From assembly GCF_003918875.1 (NCBI RefSeq), contig NW_025764892.1, forward strand, positions 1,984,001-2,048,000: a stretch of DNA of 64,000 nt, read 5' to 3'. The position numbers were made by a program, and so were the translations under genes. The notes under the pieces were generated by a model. The model was given only the letters and a program-made list of their open reading frames with translations, was not told where the DNA came from and did not search any database. This DNA comes from Haliotis rubra. Taxonomy: Eukaryota. Of this stretch, positions 61,830-64,000 are shown piece after piece (position 1 is the stretch's first letter; the number at the start of each line of letters is the position of its first letter).

Positions 61830-61964
61830 GCCTTACGCCGCTTTTAGCAATATTCCAGCTATATCATAACGAAATGGGCTTAAACATTGTGCCCATGTGG
61901 GGAATCGAACCCGGGTCTTCGGCGTGACGAGCCAACGCTTTAACCACTAGGCTAACCCACCGCC
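61830..61964 (-). mobile_element. tRNA-derived SINE family B, copy with an internal deletion
   Basis: Matches the family B head and tail. Confidence 0.85.
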
Positions 61965-63158
61965 GTTATATATACCAAGAGTATAGAGTGTACATACAGT
62001 TATATACATATAGAGTGTATACACAGTTATCCAACCACCGTATATTCCAATACGTCATCAAAACGCTTGAATGTTTTCTACACCTATTATGAAACGAAAC
62101 TTAAAAGTAACAAACCATTAAAGGAGTTATACGTATGAACTGATGGAAGTGCTAAGTCCGCTCATTGCTATTTGGGTTTCACATTCAGCGAGGACGAGCA
62201 TTGACCCTATTTTCCACTGTAGTGTTACTAAATTTATTAATTTTCGCAGTTATCAACTTATCAAAGTTCAGTGTCCTTATCTGATAAACCTTCGGTCAGC
62301 GTCTGACCATGTACGGACCCGTTCCGAATGACTCGTGATGCATCCTGACTCTGCCTGTCATCTTCAGCATGTGTGTATACATCGAAATAATTCAAAACGA
62401 GTCCATCCAGATTTCATAATGCCAGTACTGACTATGTACAGATTTCAGGCTTTTGAAGATGTCTCCGCCGACTTATACACTGATATAATATTATATTAAC
62501 CCATGCTTGTCGTAAGAAGCGACTAACGGGATCCGACTTGGTTGACGGATGACAGAGAATCCCAGTTGCGTACATCGATGCTCATGATGTTAGTCAGTGG
62601 ATTGTCTGGTCCAGACTCGACTATTTACAGACCGCCGTAATGTAGCTGGAATATTGCTGAGTGCAGCGTAAACAACAGGTAAAACAAAACAAAGCTCACT
62701 TTGACGTAGTTCAGAACATTATATATGATTGCTGGCGATCCTACATGTATAAACAAAATTCAACAACACAATATTGTACACAATAAAGTTCATACATGTA
62801 TCTGTATGAGTAGTCATACTAATGTGCCTGAGTCGGATGTGATGTGCAAATTCGTGACCCCACCTACACGTACCCTGTGTGCGAACCTATATACCCGACC
62901 AAGTTCATAGGTTCATCCATGGACCAGTGTATTGCATAATACGAAACAGTGTAGGTGCCAGCACAGCAGTGTAACTGTATACACTGTAAGAGCTTACCAT
63001 ACTCAAAACTGGGGAAGTATACATGTTGTAATAACATTTAACCGTTTACGATGTACTCCTAACAGTACTGATGCCCGTATGCACGAACTAGAGTCAGCCG
63101 ATAAACATGCATGTGTTACACCACTCAGTGCGGTTATTTTGTACTGCAGTACAGACTC

Positions 63159-63333
63159 NNNNNNNNNNNNNNNNNNNNNNNNNNNNNNNNNNNNNNNNNN
63201 NNNNNNNNNNNNNNNNNNNNNNNNNNNNNNNNNNNNNNNNNNNNNNNNNNNNNNNNNNNNNNNNNNNNNNNNNNNNNNNNNNNNNNNNNNNNNNNNNNNN
63301 NNNNNNNNNNNNNNNNNNNNNNNNNNNNNNNNN
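63159..63333. other. Assembly gap (N run)
   Basis: Run of n characters. Confidence 1.
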
Positions 63334-63440
63334 ATTTGAAGGTCTCGTCTAACACATTAAAGGTAGTAATATGTAAGGGACATAACCGTGTTGTTTTCGA
63401 GAGCCCTTTGAACGGAAGTAAACAAGGGAACTAAGCCAAT

Positions 63441-63841
63441 ATGGCGGGTGTAGGGGGAGTGCCCCAAGACACTAAACTTTCTGGTGACCCGTCATCAATT
63501 AATTCATCAACAGAAAAAAGTAACAGCGACGATGTCAGTTCACAGGAGGACCAAATTCTTCCACCAAGTAATAAAACCGAGTCTGCAGAGATCCAACGTA
63601 AAGACAGCGAATCTTCTTACCCGGAAGAAACTCGCCTTAGCGGATGGCTGGCCAAAGTTGGTGCACTGGGCTTCGTGAAAACTAGCAGACTGTTTTGGTT
63701 TGTTTTTGGCGATGACACGTGCAAACTGTACTATTATCGCAACCCCCAAGACTTGCTGCCGCTGGGAGAGATTGACATTTCGAATGCATACTTTACATTT
63801 GACCCAAATGTCACAGATAAGCCCGGTTTATTTGAAATCAG
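63441..63841 (+). CDS. TBC1D2: TBC1 domain family member 2/2B-like Rab-GAP, first coding exon (PH domain); the gene continues beyond the window
   Basis: LSGWLAKVGALG...FWFVFGDDTCKLYYYRNPQDLLPLGEIDISNAYF resembles the N-terminal PH domain of TBC1D2A/2B; donor ag|gtacgg at 63842. Confidence 0.8.
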
Positions 63842-64000
63842 GTACGGAGTCTCAACAACCATATCTTTTAAGTTAATTATGTTGAACTATTTCTCTATAG
63901 TTCTATGAAAAATGAACAAATATTCATTTGAGACATATTTCATGACTAGTACACTTTATGACATATAGCATATACATGTAGTTGTTAAATTATATATATT

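Noticed and set aside
62932-63434. ORFs spanning X runs
   Set aside because: Artefacts of the N gap.

Overview
AT-rich, intron- and transposon-rich animal genomic DNA, most likely a mollusc; the SINE and Helentron-type repeats resemble gastropod/abalone repeats, which is my inference. Six host genes are supported. (1) A two-coding-exon neuronal calcium sensor (NCS/neurocalcin-like) gene on the minus strand, whose intron holds a ~5 kb 77-bp satellite. (2) A divergent eIF5A paralog with a single coding exon and a destroyed hypusine loop. (3) TATDN1, 12 exons, with an apparent frameshift in exon 11. (4) TMEM214, 16 exons on the minus strand, with one GC-AG intron, convergent with TATDN1. (5) A 329-aa single-ORF Zn-amidohydrolase resembling bacterial N-formylglutamate amidohydrolases. 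(6) The first PH-domain exon of TBC1D2/2B after an N-gap. Mobile DNA includes a near-intact DD34E Tc1 element and many MITEs (MULE-, hAT-, Harbinger-, Kolobok- and Helentron-like, plus TSD-less palindromes). There are also four short retroposon families. The strongest leads are: a headless retroposon whose copies begin with a conserved pseudoknotted RNA module showing a compensatory substitution (candidate ribozyme), the hypusine-less eIF5A, the bacterial-like amidohydrolase, and an element carrying an internal copy of its own circle junction. All coordinates were derived by eye and may be off by a few bases.
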